A stretch of DNA of 63,273 nt, filler included, from Welwitschia mirabilis (Eukaryota), in NCBI GenBank assembly GCA_051453625.1. It is 3 parts of one record of this genome, joined end to end, with 100 filler letters (N's around TTAATTAATTAA, not from the genome) between each part and the next. Parts side by side here need not be neighbours in the genome. Positions count along the whole stretch, not along the records: positions 1 to 30,508 come from JBOZIK010000001.1; 2 more parts are not named here. The stretch is one strand, 5' to 3'. The position numbers and the translations under genes were made by a program. The notes beneath the pieces were generated by a model. That model did no database searches, was not told where the DNA came from, and saw nothing but the letters and a program-made list of their open reading frames with translations. This document shows, piece by piece, positions 1 through 13,531 of this stretch (its first letter is position 1; the number at the start of each line of letters is the position of its first letter).

Positions 1-112
1 AACAATTGCCGACATTTTGCTCCGACATATTGCCGACAAAATGGCGACATGTCTCCCCGACACGACTTTTTGAGTCCACCGACATTTTGATTTGCCGACA
101 TTTTAATCATTG
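1..112. mobile_element. Right terminus of a hAT-like DNA transposon (element continues off the left edge)
   Basis: Dense subterminal CCGACA repeats end in TTTGCCGACATTTTAATCATTG (91-112). Its reverse complement CAATGATTAAAATGTCGGCAAA nearly matches the left TIR at 10387 (CAGTGATTAAATAGTCGGCAAA). Confidence 0.6.
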
Positions 113-2127
113 GACTAGCCTTGGAATAACTACCTAGACTCTTAACTGCAACATCAATGGTAACATCCAAACTTTTTGCCATGTTTAAAGTTACCATCAT
201 TAATGGTTAATTGTATTTATTGTAATGGGTTTGGTATTCAATCCCCATCCCCACTTTTGAAATGCATGATAACTCCTTTTGTAATGTGCTAAATTACAAA
301 AAGGTTAATAAAAAGCATTGATTTTCCTTCTGGTTTTTGAAACACATTGTTGGGCACCTTTGGTTCCATAGAGATTTTTCTTCCTTAGCTTCTTAAGGAC
401 CTCCTTAGAGGTGCCATAGAAAAGTCTATAGCATTCCACAAACTAGAAGGTAAGTGGGATTGCTGTAGGCCATAGCAATACCCCTGCTTGCTTTTTTAAG
501 GTAGTTCATACAACTACAAATGAAAGTACCCTTTAAATTAGCTTCCAATAGAGAAGGAGGCGGGAGAATACCTACAAGAGGTTGGCAAAGCATGAAGGAA
601 TAGGAAAAGGGAAAACCAAAGGACAATAAAACCCTTTAAAAGATTGGAAAGGAGGTAAAAACCCTCATTCCACTAACATCACTATAGAACATGAAAGGAA
701 GGAGATAATACATTAAAATAAAACCTAATCCAGATAAAAGGAAATGATTTAAGATTTTAATTATTATAGTGTGGAAGAGGGGTATGCCCTCTTGGATATC
801 TCATCTTTTCAAGTATTGAAAGCATACACTAGAGTGAACAAGAAGGCATTCACAAGCAAAAGCCTATTTATCAATGCTTGAAATCTCTCTTAAGACAAAA
901 CTTGTGTTGGAAATGAAAGGCCTTACACAAACCTAAAAGAACACCATGCATAGGTCATAGAGACAATGCCCCTAGATGCACTCTAGAAGTTCCTTTGCTT
1001 AAGGAAGAAAACTAGTTGCCACACAAATAGGGTAGCAGGACATGGTGGAGGTAAAGGAAACTCTAAACCTATGTTTAAGAGAGAAATGGACCATGGGTGG
1101 GTAAGAAAAAGCAACAACCCAATGGGAGAAAGAATCGTCGTAGGTTCAATAAGAAATGAGGCCTCTTACATGAGTAAAACATCTCAAGCTCGCATAATGG
1201 GTAACAGAGGAAGAGTGTAAGCTTTCCACTAGATATCTAAGTCCCAGAATCACTTCTCATGAAAGTGAATGCCATAAGGTTTCATGGAGGGTCCACACAA
1301 GTATTTTAACAGCATTATACCAAGCCTAATAATATGAAATCATAGGCTTACGAATCCTTTGCATAGTACTTTTTGCTTCACAAAAGGTGTAAAGAATGTC
1401 TTCTAAGAGTGGCACAACTATGTAGCGATACTATGCAGGAGTTCCAAACATTAGCAAGGAGAGTAAATTTGTTATCTCATGTTTATCTAAAGAGCAAAGT
1501 CAAAAGCATTTGGCCTAATTAGTCTAGTAGAAAATCTTGGATCCTTCAAGTCGAGGCTACAAGAGAGCGTTTTCGTAAGGGAGGAATACATTTTGGACAA
1601 CTGAGGGATACATTTTGGACAACTCATCCTTCATGAGTGCAAAATCATGATTCCACACTAGTACTTCACTCGTACTGAAGTGACTCCTAAGCTCCTCTTA
1701 GTTTATTATTCCAATTAGTTCCCATTATGCTACTTGAGAGTAGTTTTTTTCTACTCTCACATACTACAATTGCTTGAACACTAGAATCACTTTGTTTCTT
1801 TCTTTCAATTGGAAGGAAGTATGATCTAGAGCATTTGACATAATGATCCTTTGACCAATGTCTATGGATATACTCCTATATAATCTTCTTCAACATTCTT
1901 TAGAGAAATTTGAAGTGGCAATAGGGTTTGGAGGTAAATGAGAAGGTACTGCATTCAAGCAGTTTTGTAAGTCTAGTGGCGAGTCTACAAGTACTCTCCA
2001 AGTTGCAAGTCTCTAAAGGCTTCCAANNNNNNNNNNNNNNNNNNNNNNNNNNNNNNNNNNNNNNNNNNNNNNNNNNNNNNNNNNNNNNNNNNNNNNNNNN
2101 NNNNNNNNNNNNNNNNNNNNNNNNNNT

Positions 2128-3173
2128 TGGAGGTGAATAGGGTGTTAATAATTTTTAGCAGAATTTATTTCACACCTGAAATAATAATCTTAAGAAATTT
2201 AAAGAACATCACGGATTTATAGTGATTTGGTAAGCTGCCTACTCTACTCTCAGGAGGCAGCAACAACCTTCAGCCTTTTGGTTCCTTTAACGCTTTTCTT
2301 CACGAAACTTATAATCTCCTTATCTTGAAGGGTCTACAATTCTTTCGACACCCTTCACAAGGGTCTTAATGTTTTCACAACAGGCTCTCCCAGAGCACAA
2401 TGCAATAGCTCTAATTTGATATGAGTGCTGATGGAGTGTATGCCTAACTTGCGACAATCACCAGCTTGTACAATCAAATGCTCTCCAAGGAGCTGATGTC
2501 TTAATACGCTACATGACATTTACATCAAAAGAATAGACCAGAGGATAATGCAATGTATACAGAATCTTTATAAAATTTTCTCAAAGTTTGGAAGTAGTTT
2601 TCATGGACCTGGTGCACTTTTAATGTCACGACACCAAAAACTAGTTGTTGCAACTTCGTGTAGAGTGCCCTTTTTCTTTGGCTCATGTGCCAGATGAATG
2701 ATTTGACCGTTTGCCCCTTGATTTGCTAAATTTGATGTCTCCTACGGTAAACCTTCTACTTCAATGTTTACTGACCTGGACATCCCCATCAAAAATTTCG
2801 GAGATCCTGATTTTAATCACTTTTTTTGTCCCAACTAAGAGGAAGGTTGGATGTCCCCATTCAAAGGCAAACATCCCTTTTTCCACAATACTGTATACAG
2901 GACTGGATGTCTTGAGAAGATAGGTCGGATGTCCCACTATGAAATAAGTGCTAATAGGTGTGGATGTCTCGAGAAGATAGGTTGGACATCATAGTATTAA
3001 ATAATTGCTAGTAGGTGCAGATGTCTCGAGAAGATAGGTCGGGCATGCTCATATAAAATGTTGTGCACAGATCCGGACCTCCCAGACAGTAAAGCCGGAC
3101 ACCCCATGATTTAGTTGGCTCAATTTAGAATGTGTGAGATCCAAGATCATCGTTGAAACTCATTTCTTCAACA
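2128..3173 (-). mobile_element. SIRE-like Ty1/copia LTR, probably solo (left end inside an N gap)
   Basis: Shares the motifs of the TSD-bounded LTRs: GGTGAATAGGG, TTTATAGTGATTTGG, GCCTACTCTACTCTCAGGAGGCAGCAAC, and decayed GGA(C/T)GTCC repeats. Ends ...TTCAACA at 3173 with no PPT or internal domain following. Confidence 0.7.
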
Positions 3174-4070
3174 ATCATATCCAGATGTGGTAAAGTACAT
3201 ACACTTTGCCAATATATAGTCCCATAGTTACCTTTACTTCATTACATAAGCCAACTGAACCAAATTGAATTGATGACAGGGTACAAAACACAAGTCCATA
3301 CCCTACATTTTGTGACTAATAAGTAGACAATAGATTGTGACAAAATCTTGGAGAGTAGTAAACATCTAGGATAGTTAGTATCTTATTATTGAGTCTCAGT
3401 TTTGTGGTGCCAACTCCTACAAATATGATTGCTTCTCCATTTTTAGTTTTTGGACGCTCATTATTACTTAGACTTTGAAAATTAGTTAATAGAGATTTAA
3501 TGCTAGTAATATGAGCAACATCATGATCTTCTATGTTATTAGAAGGGTTATTTACAACATTACAAGTATTTTCTAAAGAAACAATAACTATTTTAGTTCC
3601 ATAGCCTTTATGTTGGCTAGGATTACAATTTTATAGCCTTGTTTCTGACGAATCAACATGTTTATCTCCTGTAATGCCCCACTGACATCCTCTTTGACTC
3701 CAATTTCTTTTCTTTCCTTTTCCACTCTTCAAAAATTTTTCATCTTCTTGCCATGAGGAATCCTGGGATTGTCCCAACAATTGTTAATAGAGTGGTCTAC
3801 TTTGTTGTAGATGCTGCAAAAGTCATTATGGCTTTTCCTTTTTGATCCATGGTACTTGAAAGACATTACCGCCTCTCATGCATTCCATCCCACCTTGATT
3901 TCATAGTCCTATAGGAACCCGATCAGTTGTGTGTAAGATATATTCCTAGAGTGGAGTTTTGTAGCTTACATTATCAGAATTATGGGGCATACTTCCTTGG
4001 TGGTGCCTTAATCGGATAGTACTTTAGGTCCTTTTTTCACAAATTTCTCCCTTGCTGATGTAGTTTCTTA

Positions 4071-5018
4071 CAGTGTTGCAAGCTTGCCAAGTCTTGGCAA
4101 GTACTCAGTGAGTCCCAAGTCTCCAACAAATTGCGAGTCAGGTTGCTCGAAGCTTGCTGAGTTCAACTCTGTACATGAAACTCATGAGTCTTGGCGAGTT
4201 TGCGCGAGTCTTAGCGAGCACTCATTAGGGAGGGTTAAAAAAGAAGTTTAAAAAACACTTTTTTAAACACATTTGGTGGGGCCCAATAACATTTTGGCCA
4301 ATAAAAAAGCTTTCTTCTCTACTCTAATAAAGATGTCACTCATTTAGGATTGTGAGAGAAGATTTTTGAAGTGCAAAGCAGCCTGTGAACTCCGAACAAT
4401 GAAATATATAGGCCTGTCTTTCTCATTTCAGTGTGTATTTATTATTTAGTATTCTTTTTTATATTATTTTTCATAGTTTTCACTTGTTAAACTAGTCTAT
4501 TTCGAAGTAGAAATACGATTCGAATCATCTAATGAAGAAGAAGAAGAAGAAGAAATTGAGGATGAAGACTCAAATGAAACATATTCTGAATAGAGTGAAT
4601 AGCATAGATTTAGCCTTTTTTGTACTTTTGATTTGTAATGGACACTCATGAAACACTGATACCAATTTAGCTAACTTTTTTTGGTAACTATTAGTAAATG
4701 GGTGTTGGAACTTTTGATTTGTACCTTAGTTTTTGAAAATTATAGAAATGTTGTTGACAGTTATGATTTAAAAAGTTATTCTATAAAAGATGTCAATGCA
4801 TTGTATATTTTACATTTATTTAAATGTCTTAATGTAGTGTAGGAAGTCTAAAATGTCATTAAAATCCTTAAACTTGTATTTAAAATGCTAAAAAATAAGA
4901 CTCTTTAGTGATTCTTTTTGATTCCCAAGTTTTTGCCGAGTCAGCTCCCAAGTCAAGTCGAGTCACAGGTTTTTTCCCCTAGCCAACATGGGTGGCAAGT
5001 CTGAGTCTTGCACCACTG
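4071..5018. mobile_element. Non-autonomous hAT-like element (~950 bp)
   Basis: TIRs CAGTGTTGCAAG (4071) and CTTGCACCACTG (ending 5018) match at 11/12. Subterminal (C)GAGTC repeats occur at both ends, with an internal (GAA)n acidic remnant. No intact TSD found. Confidence 0.6.
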
Positions 5019-5932
5019 CATCCAAGGATACTTGAGGATCACAGAATTAGACCCTTTACAAGCTTATCTTCATTAGTATTGGAGGACGATAACAGATCTT
5101 GCAAAGCAACGTTCTACTTGGCCTTACCTTTATTTTTGGATTAGGCTTTTGCTTATGAACTCAGCAAAGAAACAACAATTGCATTTGTAGAAAACCTACA
5201 ACAATTGCTTTCAAAAACGAGATGCAAAATGAATAAGACAATCTTCTTTAAAGCTCTAACCTTACTAATTTAATAGGTGGAATGATGCAATTTGTGAAGT
5301 GAATCAAGAGGTGGAGAAATCCAATTTGTGGAGATGGATGAATACATAGAGCTTACGGATGGACTGAGCTGTTGTAAAGGCAATTTTGACATTGTGTCTT
5401 TTGTTTTTTTGCATTGTGCACTGGAAGAAGCAATTTAACCCCTAAACTAGAACCTCAATTATACCTTAGCTTTCATGCCAATATATTCTTCACTGGCAAT
5501 AGAACCAGATAACTGGTTCATTAATTCTTCATTTTTTGCAAAGATGTCATTTTAACAGTAGACTTGCAGCCGTTGCAACATCACTGTGTTGCCCATTCAA
5601 GCCTTCATACTGCAGAAATTTGTCGCAAGAATGTTCTTCACTGTCAAATTTAATCTTGGAGATCAGTTGATCTGTTTTAAGCTACAGAATTCCTCTTGAG
5701 TTTGTTTGTGCTTCAAATTTGTTATAAAAAAAGAATGCTACATCTCTTGTCAAGCTAGGGAATTCTGTGAATTTGCTGGATAAGAGCTATACTGTGAATA
5801 GTCAATTAGATATATGTTAAATGAACTACTTCATAGATCTTCTCTTTCAAGATGGATCAAAAGTCTAGTTTTACACCCGTACAATAAGCAAAATTATTTT
5901 AAAAAGGGATACTAATAATATTTCTGCAATAC

Positions 5933-6011
5933 CTTAAAAATGAAAGAGGATGTTGGAACTGTAATAGGCTTTTTTGACATCCCACCATAGGTTACCATCC
6001 GTCCACCTTGC
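5933..6011 (-). CDS. MECR: MECR internal exon (last visible)
   Basis: ttttAG/GTatt boundaries; encodes (R)QGGRMVTYGGMSKKPITVPTSSFIFK (MVTYGGMS motif). The six exons (635 nt) splice with no stop or frameshift. Confidence 0.93.
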
Positions 6012-6117
6012 CTAAAATTTGTAAAGAGACAGTTAGAGAAAAGGGAAGCCTTGAAGAAATAGTGACAAACTATAAGAATAGAAACAGACCAATCTCAACA
6101 GCAACAGAGAAACTTAC

Positions 6118-6194
6118 CTTAGAAATTTTAAGACTAATGATGCAGCATTACCACCAACACAATTAAGAGCTAGCAATGGCTCAGGGATGTTTCT
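6118..6194 (-). CDS. MECR: MECR internal exon
   Basis: ctcaAG/GTaagt boundaries; encodes RNIPEPLLALNCVGGNAASLVLKFL(R), containing the NCVGG motif. Confidence 0.9.
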
Positions 6195-6379
6195 CTTGAG
6201 CAATCAAACAAAGTGAAGTAAATCAACAGAAGAAACAAAAACAATTTTCTGTAAATTAAAGAGTCCTTGAGAATAGTAAATCAAAGCATTTTTCCTATTA
6301 CTACAAATGTCCAAAAGTTCTCTACTGAGCAAGTAAATGCAAGCTAGAATCCAAAAAAAGAAATTGGCAAAACACATAC

Positions 6380-6479
6380 TAAAAGGCTCTTTATGTTCTT
6401 TATTTCCAATTCATTTTCAGAAAACACCTCTGTTGCACCTATTTCTTTAAGCCTTTTTTTGACATCTTCCAGAGCTGGC
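6380..6479 (-). CDS. MECR: MECR internal exon
   Basis: ttttAG/GTatgt boundaries; encodes (R)PALEDVKKRLKEIGATEVFSENELEIKNIKSLL. Confidence 0.9.
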
Positions 6480-6601
6480 CTAAAAGATCTTACATTGATT
6501 AGAGTTGTGTTGAAATTAAAATTTTCATTTTACTTGATGAAAATACGTCACATGACAACTTGTTTAAAATCCAATCATTCAAAAATAATTAGAAGACTCA
6601 C

Positions 6602-6704
6602 CTATCTCTAACTATATTTACTGTATGAATATCCCGTAAGCGTGCAATTTGTATTATACATTGTCCAACAATGCTTGTTGCACCATTTTGCACCACAGCA
6701 TCTC
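6602..6704 (-). CDS. MECR: MECR internal exon (NADPH-binding region)
   Basis: aatcAG/GTgag boundaries; encodes (G)DAVVQNGATSIVGQCIIQIARLRDIHTVNIVRD(R). Confidence 0.93.
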
Positions 6705-6795
6705 CTGATTCAAGAAAATAAGGCAAATCAAAATACCCAGGTAAAAGAACAAAAATGTGGAAACACTTAAGAAAATAAACAAAAATCATACAAAC

Positions 6796-6939
6796 CAGCT
6801 TTTAGAGGAACAAAATCTTCCAGCATTCGTAGAGCTGTTGGTGGGTTAACAGACACTGTAGCAGCATACTCGACTGGTATGTTCTTTGGGACCTTATACC
6901 ATGCACTTTCCTCCTTTACAACATATGTTTGCCAAGTTC
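6796..6939 (-). CDS. MECR: MECR internal exon
   Basis: ttacattcAG/GTttg boundaries; encodes (G)TWQTYVVKEESAWYKVPKNIPVEYAATVSVNPPTALRMLEDFVPLKA(G). Not in the ORF track; translated by hand. Confidence 0.93.
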
Positions 6940-7056
6940 CTGAATGTAAACCTTATTCCTTTTGAATTCTCTAAGTCTAAATTAATCTCTAAAATCTGAA
7001 AAATGGAGCTTAGACACAAAACAAAATTAAAGAAAGACTAGAAAGTAATGATATAC

Positions 7057-7188
7057 CAAATGATGGAGGTAATGGGATAACCCAATCACCGATGGAAAAT
7101 TTTTCCACTTCAGGGCCTAAAGCTTCTATTTCTCCAACACCTTCATAGCCTCCTATTGCAGGTAAGGAGGGGCGAACAGGATAAACAC
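7057..7188 (-). CDS. MECR: Mitochondrial enoyl-ACP/trans-2-enoyl-CoA reductase, internal exon (first visible)
   Basis: AG acceptor and GT donor. Encodes (G)VYPVRPSLPAIGGYEGVGEIEALGPEVEKFSIGDWVIPLPPSF(G), with the MDR-family G-x-E-G-V-G motif and the conserved Tyr of GVYP. Phase matches the next exon. Confidence 0.93.
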
Positions 7189-7589
7189 CTTCAGATACAA
7201 TATACTTCGAGTTAGACATGAATCAGTCTCTGAATAATTAAGTCAAACAAACTTTTGAACCAGTTATAGAAACTATATCCTGTACAAATGAGAGGAGTTC
7301 AATTCCTTCTGTTTGAATCCTATAACAATAATTAAATTCATATCAAAAATTTTTAAAGCATGTAAGTGGCTGTAGTTACCGTCTAGTCAATTTCTATATC
7401 TTGGTTTCATAAACCTAGGATGGTGAGAACTCCATTTTAACTTCGTAGCATGCCATTGTCGGTCACAAATTTAGTTAACAGATTGCCCTTCTAATGATCA
7501 GTTTATGACAACATCATTTTGACTCACACACAGTGATTAAGACATGCAAATATAAAATTATATAAACTATAAATTCCTGGCAAATATAG

Positions 7590-7970
<381 letters not shown>

Positions 7971-7975
<5 letters not shown>

Positions 7976-8259
7976 GCCCTAATAAGGCAGGTTGAAAATC
8001 AGTTTTGATCTGATTTAAATGCGATATTTTTCTCCTTCTTTTGTGCTTATCCTCATTCCATTTTGTATGCCCTGATAAGGCAGGCTGAAAATCAGTTTTG
8101 ATCTGATTTGAATGCCATTTTTTTTTCCTTCTTTTGTACTTATCCTCATTCCATTTTGTATGCTCTGATAAGGCAGGACGAAAATCAGTTTTGATCTTAT
8201 TTGAATGCCATATTTTTCTCCTTTTTTTTGTACTTGTCCTCATTCCATTTTGTATGCCC
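7971..8259. repeat. Tandem repeat, three units of 93-94 bp plus a partial
   Basis: TGTATGC(C/T)CT(A/G)ATAAGGCAGG...CCTCATTCCATTT units start at 7971, 8064 and 8157, with a partial at 8251. Confidence 0.92.
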
Positions 8260-9567
8260 AAAAGTTATCAATTTCTGTTTAGAAAAGGAGGAAGACATCT
8301 ATTTTAATTGCATATAGAGTGGGCGCAATGTGACAAGACAAGCCAAAAAGACAAAGACAACACAGAAGTTCCTCAGAGGAGGAGAAAATTGGAAGGGCCT
8401 TTCATGTTATTGTGCAGAAGAGAAAAGATGGGCTTGTGATAATGGTTACCTATGAAGAGAGCATTATAAAACGGTTGATGCAGACAAGCTAATAAAGATT
8501 TGCAATTGGCAAATGTACCCTTGTTGATGTTGACTATCAGGTTTCTTTTATTGAATGAATTGATATTAATTTAGATTCGTTTGTTTCTATCTCCATGCCC
8601 TTGCAATTATTATTTNNNNNNNNNNNNNNNNNNNNNNNNNNNNNNNNNNNNNNNNNNNNNNNNNNNNNNNNNNNNNNNNNNNNNNNNNNNNNNNNNNNNN
8701 NNNNNNNNNNNNNNNNNNNNNNNNNNNNNNNNNNNNNNNNNNNNNNNNNNNNNNNNNNNNNNNNNNNNNNNNNNNNNNNNNNNNNNNNNNNNNNNNNNNN
8801 NNNNNNNNNNNNNNNNNNNNNNNNNNNNNNNNNNNNNNNNNNNNNNNNNNNNNNNNNNNNNNNNNNNNNNNNNNNNNNNNNNNNNNNNNNNNNNNNNNNN
8901 NNNNNNNNNNNNNNNNNNNNNNNNNNNNNNNNNNNNNNNNNNNNNNNNNNNNNNNNNNNNNNNNNNNNNNNNNNNNNNNNNNNNNNNNNNNNNNNNNNNN
9001 NNNNNNNNNNNNNNNNNNNNNNNNNNNNNNNNNNNNNNNNNNNNNNNNNNNNNNNNNNNNNNNNNNNNNNNNNNNNNNNNNNNNNNNNNNNNNNNNNNNN
9101 NNNNNNNNNNNNNNNNNNNNNNNNNNNNNNNNNNNNNNNNNNNNNNNNNNNNNNNNNNNNNNNNNNNNNNNNNNNNNNNNNNNNNNNNNNNNNNNNNNNN
9201 NNNNNNNNNNNNNNNNNNNNNNNNNNNNNNNNNNNNNNNNNNNNNNNNNNNNNNNNNNNNNNNNNNNNNNNNNNNNNNNNNNNNNNNNNNNNNNNNNNNN
9301 NNNNNNNNNNNNNNNNNNNNNNNNNNNNNNNNNNNNNNNNNNNNNNNNNNNNNNNNNNNNNNNNNNNNNNNNNNNNNNNNNNNNNNNNNNNNNNNNNNNN
9401 NNNNNNNNNNNNNNNNNNNNNNNNNNNNNNNNNNNNNNNNNNNNNNNNNNNNNNNNNNNNNNNNCAAATAATTGGTGTCTTCATACAAGTTGAAAGGGCT
9501 TATTTAATTGACACCTTTTATGTGTTTTTGAATCTGCATAACTTACTGTTGAATCATTAAAGATCCT

Positions 9568-12330
9568 TGTAAAGATTTCGGGCCTTACTACACATTTAGG
9601 TCAAAATTGTGACCTACAGATGGAAGCTCATTGAAACTAATAGCAAAGGAACCAAAGGAAGCTACAAAACAATGAGAAACTTAGCACATTTAATTACAAA
9701 GCATGTAAGGTACGAATCTTCTAATCTGTAGGAGATAAACCCTACCCAAGGATTTTAATGGGGGCAAGGATGACATTCTATGCTAGGGATGATCTTGATA
9801 GCCAGATTGAAAGAAAGTGAGATCAGAGTACAGGGCATTGCCCTTTACTATGGAAATAGAAATAAAATATTGAAAATGTGAGAGCAAATTAATGCAGAAA
9901 TATTAAGAACTCACAAAGCTTTTGTAGCAAATATTCAAAATGCGGTAAAAGTAGAGTTTGCAACAAACAAAAAGCTCCATTTATTAATGACACAACAATA
10001 CAAAGGGCCAATCCTTGCCCAAAGCACACAAAAATAACTACAGAATGATTTGCTCTCAGGGTTTTTGAATGATGTATACGAAGATACGATGGGATCAAGT
10101 GCTTGCATGATGTTCTCGGCTTGGGTTATGTTGGGGATAAGGATGTTTGAGTAGCTTAGATACTATATGAATGGCTAAAATGACACTGACTTTCAAAATA
10201 AAGGATTAAAGAGGTATTTATAAACATGTTTAGCGTTTTTAGGGATTCTGCAACATGTCAAAAGGTGGTCGGTTGGCCCTATTAGGCTTGTTTAGGGTTT
10301 GGGTTGTCCAAACACATGTTGTTAAGCTATTTTGGACATTCAAACCCTACTTAGAGTGGTTGGATGCCCAGAATAGAAATATGGCTCAGTGATTAAATAG
10401 TCGGCAAAAGAAAAAAGTCTGCAATCTCAAAAAATAGTCTGGGTCGTCGAGTCGAAGACTAGTCGGCAAAAAAGTCGGCATTAAAAAAGCATTAAAAATC
10501 ATTTTTCTTTATTTTCAACAATATAAGACATTAGTGAATAACTAAATCCACTTATTGATTAAGTGATATGACTGTGTGAAGGACATGGTACTTGTTTACC
10601 CACAGTGTGAAAAGGAGAAAGAGGTAAAAATAAAGAAACTACATTTCATCAATAAGGGCTTTCTAAGAAGGGTTCAAGAACAATAAGTAGGCTCCTCAAG
10701 ATGAATAAAGGCTGCCTTAGGATAAAGAAGTATGGGTCTTCCAAAACGATGCAGAATCCAAGGGCTTTTGTTCCTCAATGTTTGTGCTTTGTCATTCAAG
10801 AAGTGATAAAAACAAGGGAAAGTAAAAGGAAGTACCTTACTTGGTAATAGACAGAAGTACAATACCAACAGTTCTGCACTATGCTATTCATACATAACAG
10901 AATGCACAGCCCAACATGGCCATTCTTATTCTCATATGATCATATCTTTATTCCTTTTATGGAAATGTGAAAGGGTCTGATCACTTTGCGTTGTGTTATT
11001 TCATAACTTGCTCGTTTGATTAGTTACACAATTGTTATTCTNNNNNNNNNNNNNNNNNNNNNNNNNNNNNNNNNNNNNNNNNNNNNNNNNNNNNNNNNNN
11101 NNNNNNNNNNNNNNNNNNNNNNNNNNNNNNNNNNNNNNNNNNNNNNNNNNNNNNNNNNNNNNNNNNNNNNNNNNNNNNNNNNNNNNNNNNNNNNNNNNNN
11201 NNNNNNNNNNNNNNNNNNNNNNNNNNNNNNNNNNNNNNNNNNNNNNNNNNNNNNNNNNNNNNNNNNNNNNNNNNNNNNNNNNNNNNNNNNNNNNNNNNNN
11301 NNNNNNNNNNNNNNNNNNNNNNNNNNNNNNNNNNNNNNNNNNNNNNNNNNNNNNNNNNNNNNNNNNNNNNNNNNNNNNNNNNNNNNNNNNNNNNNNNNNN
11401 NNNNNNNNNNNNNNNNNNNNNNNNNNNNNNNNNNNNNNTTGCTTGTTTGATTAGTTACACAATTGTTATTCTCATAATACTAGTAACTAGTATTATTTAT
11501 CACTCTTATTTCACTGTGCCCTTTCCATCTTACCCTCTTTCTTTTATTAAAGGAACAGACGATGTGGAAGATCTAATACAATGAAGGACTTTCAGCTTTA
11601 TTGCACTTGATGAGAACTTTCAACTGAAAATACATTATGACGCCTGACCAGTAGTAATAGGTTAATATACAGAGTGAAAAAACAATTTAAAGCCTTGCAT
11701 CTTTCATATCACCACATGGCAATCCAAACCAAAACTTACTCTTTATCTGTTATTACATCTGATAAAATGCATCGTAATAACACAACTACTGTGGATACCA
11801 TGTGTAATCTATCAAAATGAGGATTAACCCAACTGATCGCATTTGAGTGTTTGACAGTTTGTGCACAGAATCGTACTGTTAGCACCGCAAGGAATGGCCA
11901 TCTGTCTCTGACCTTCACGCCAAAAGGAAAAGCAGTTTGCCTGCGGATCGCGCCAAAGAGAATCAGTTGCCCTGAAAATTAGATGAGATCTTAGCTTTTT
12001 AATGGAGGTCCCGCGCCTGTAACGCATGACCCTTGTTATTTTTTTGGCCTAAAATCTGTGATCAGTCGCCGATCTGTCAGGCAGTGACTGATCGCCCAAT
12101 GGCACCACCGACTGAAAGAACGACTGAAATCCAGTCATTTCAGATAATCAATAGCGGCTAATCGCCGCCAAATCAAACACTGATATGGCTAAGCATTTTA
12201 TTTTGAGCATTTCAAGTGAAGATTACTGACATTCAAGGCTAGGATATGATGTGCAAAGGGGTTGTGGTAGCTGAGGCATGACTTAGGATGCCAAACAATT
12301 AAGTACATCAAATTTCGATCATAGATTACA
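9568..12330. mobile_element. Putative old solo LTR, interrupted by the hAT element at 10387-12182
   Basis: TGTAA...TTACA ends; patchy similarity to 13532-14390 (e.g. TACAAAGGGC, TTTAGGG, AGGCAT-ACTTA, AAT(T)TCGATC near the end). No exact TSD. Confidence 0.3.
10387..12182. mobile_element. Non-autonomous hAT-like DNA transposon with an 8-bp TSD
   Basis: Starts CAGTGATT and ends AAACACTG. Exact ATATGGCT duplication at 10379-10386 and 12183-12190. CG-rich subterminal repeats at both ends; no transposase ORF. Confidence 0.85.
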
Positions 12331-13531
12331 GAGCCCATTTCTTTCAAAACCTAGTTTCAAAAATCTAAATCTTTCCCAACTCTGCCATAGGAGTATCTGA
12401 GTCTGTTGATCTTTGCTTAGCTTCTTGTCACAAAAATTAGTGCCATTTTTATCATAGAGTTGCAAAACTTTGATCTAATTGAAGAAGAGTTAACTTAGAA
12501 CAATAAGGTCCGGTATTATGTTATATATTGGGGTTTATTTAGCAGCACTTCTCTCTTGTTTCTTTTTCATTGGAAAGTTTATATATTAGTGAACATTTAT
12601 TGCTTGCAACATTCAGAATGATATTTTAATTTGCTGGCAGAACAAGTTAATTATGGAATGAGTTCATTCTGATAAGAAACATAAACAAGACTGTATGTGT
12701 AAACGGCTAACCGGCATGGAACAGAGACTTGATGATTGTAGTGGACTTCAAAAAGCCTTTGTGAGAATGCTGAAGATGTTAAAAGTTGACCAAGGGCAAC
12801 CATCTAGGAGTGTAACAACATGTTCTGTGGGAGGTCAGAATGCATAAGCAGGCACACGAGATATAGCCAATGTTGAATAGCAAATAAATGAGTATGATGG
12901 TCAAGGTAGCCAAGTTAAGAGGTGACTTGCTAAGACATTATATGGCCAAAAGAGGCAATCGGCTGTTGACTCATTGAGATGGCCTAGGTGATTGGGTTAG
13001 CAAGTGGGTGATCAAGGTAGAGTAGGGCAGGCTTCTGGTTAAAGGGTTTGTAGGTGTATGCCTGGCAAGTTAGAAAGACCAAGGAGCCACGTGTTGACAT
13101 GTCAAGACAAATGTTCTTTTCATCTCTTTGCTTTTCCCATGGTATTTTTCCTCAATTTTCTAGAAAGGTTTCTACTGTTGACTTCTAGTCCAATTAAGCC
13201 AAATAGGTTTTGTAAGTCATGCTCTGGCATTCTTCATATGTTAGTCCATCCCTTTGTTCATCTTCTATAGCACCATCTATAAGTCATTCATGCCTTTCAG
13301 TCACTATAGAAATCACTGGAGGTAATTTTAGCTTAAAATTGTTAAACAAAAATTCAATGATTTCTTGTCATAGGCATGATCATGCTGAGGCAAGATGATG
13401 TAAAGTATGATACTCCTCCTTGGGTGTGATCATGCCTAGGAGTAACCATGCTGATTCATGTGTATAACCATACCTGCTAACTCATTTCTAGCCAATGAAA
13501 ATCTACTTTCTAGAGTTACGAAAATTCAAAC

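Noticed and set aside
120..1400. Possible decayed minus-strand LINE (LWNA.., GNF, HPW hints)
   Set aside because: The motifs are too short and degenerate to support without a profile search.
1960..2026. CAGTTTTGTAAG...GGCGAGTC...AAGTACTC resembling the left end of the 4071 hAT family
   Set aside because: Short, runs into a gap, and has no partner TIR or TSD.
8281..8545. Purine-rich exon-like segment ending CAG/GT (also 5277-5370)
   Set aside because: No recognisable protein in any frame I translated, and stops are present.
8537..9560. Long ORFs of 290-390 aa in the ORF track (also 11016-11454, 22259-23114)
   Set aside because: They are translations through N gaps (poly-X), not coding evidence.
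11008..11472. Near-identical sequence on both sides of gaps (also 19269-19456, 33647-33830, 44419-44676)
   Set aside because: Typical unmerged contig overlaps or collapsed repeats; cannot be called real duplications without reads.
11821..11848. INPTDRI resembling the missing MECR INPSDINRIE exon
   Set aside because: Wrong strand, lacks two residues, is followed by a stop and lies inside a hAT element; a chance match.
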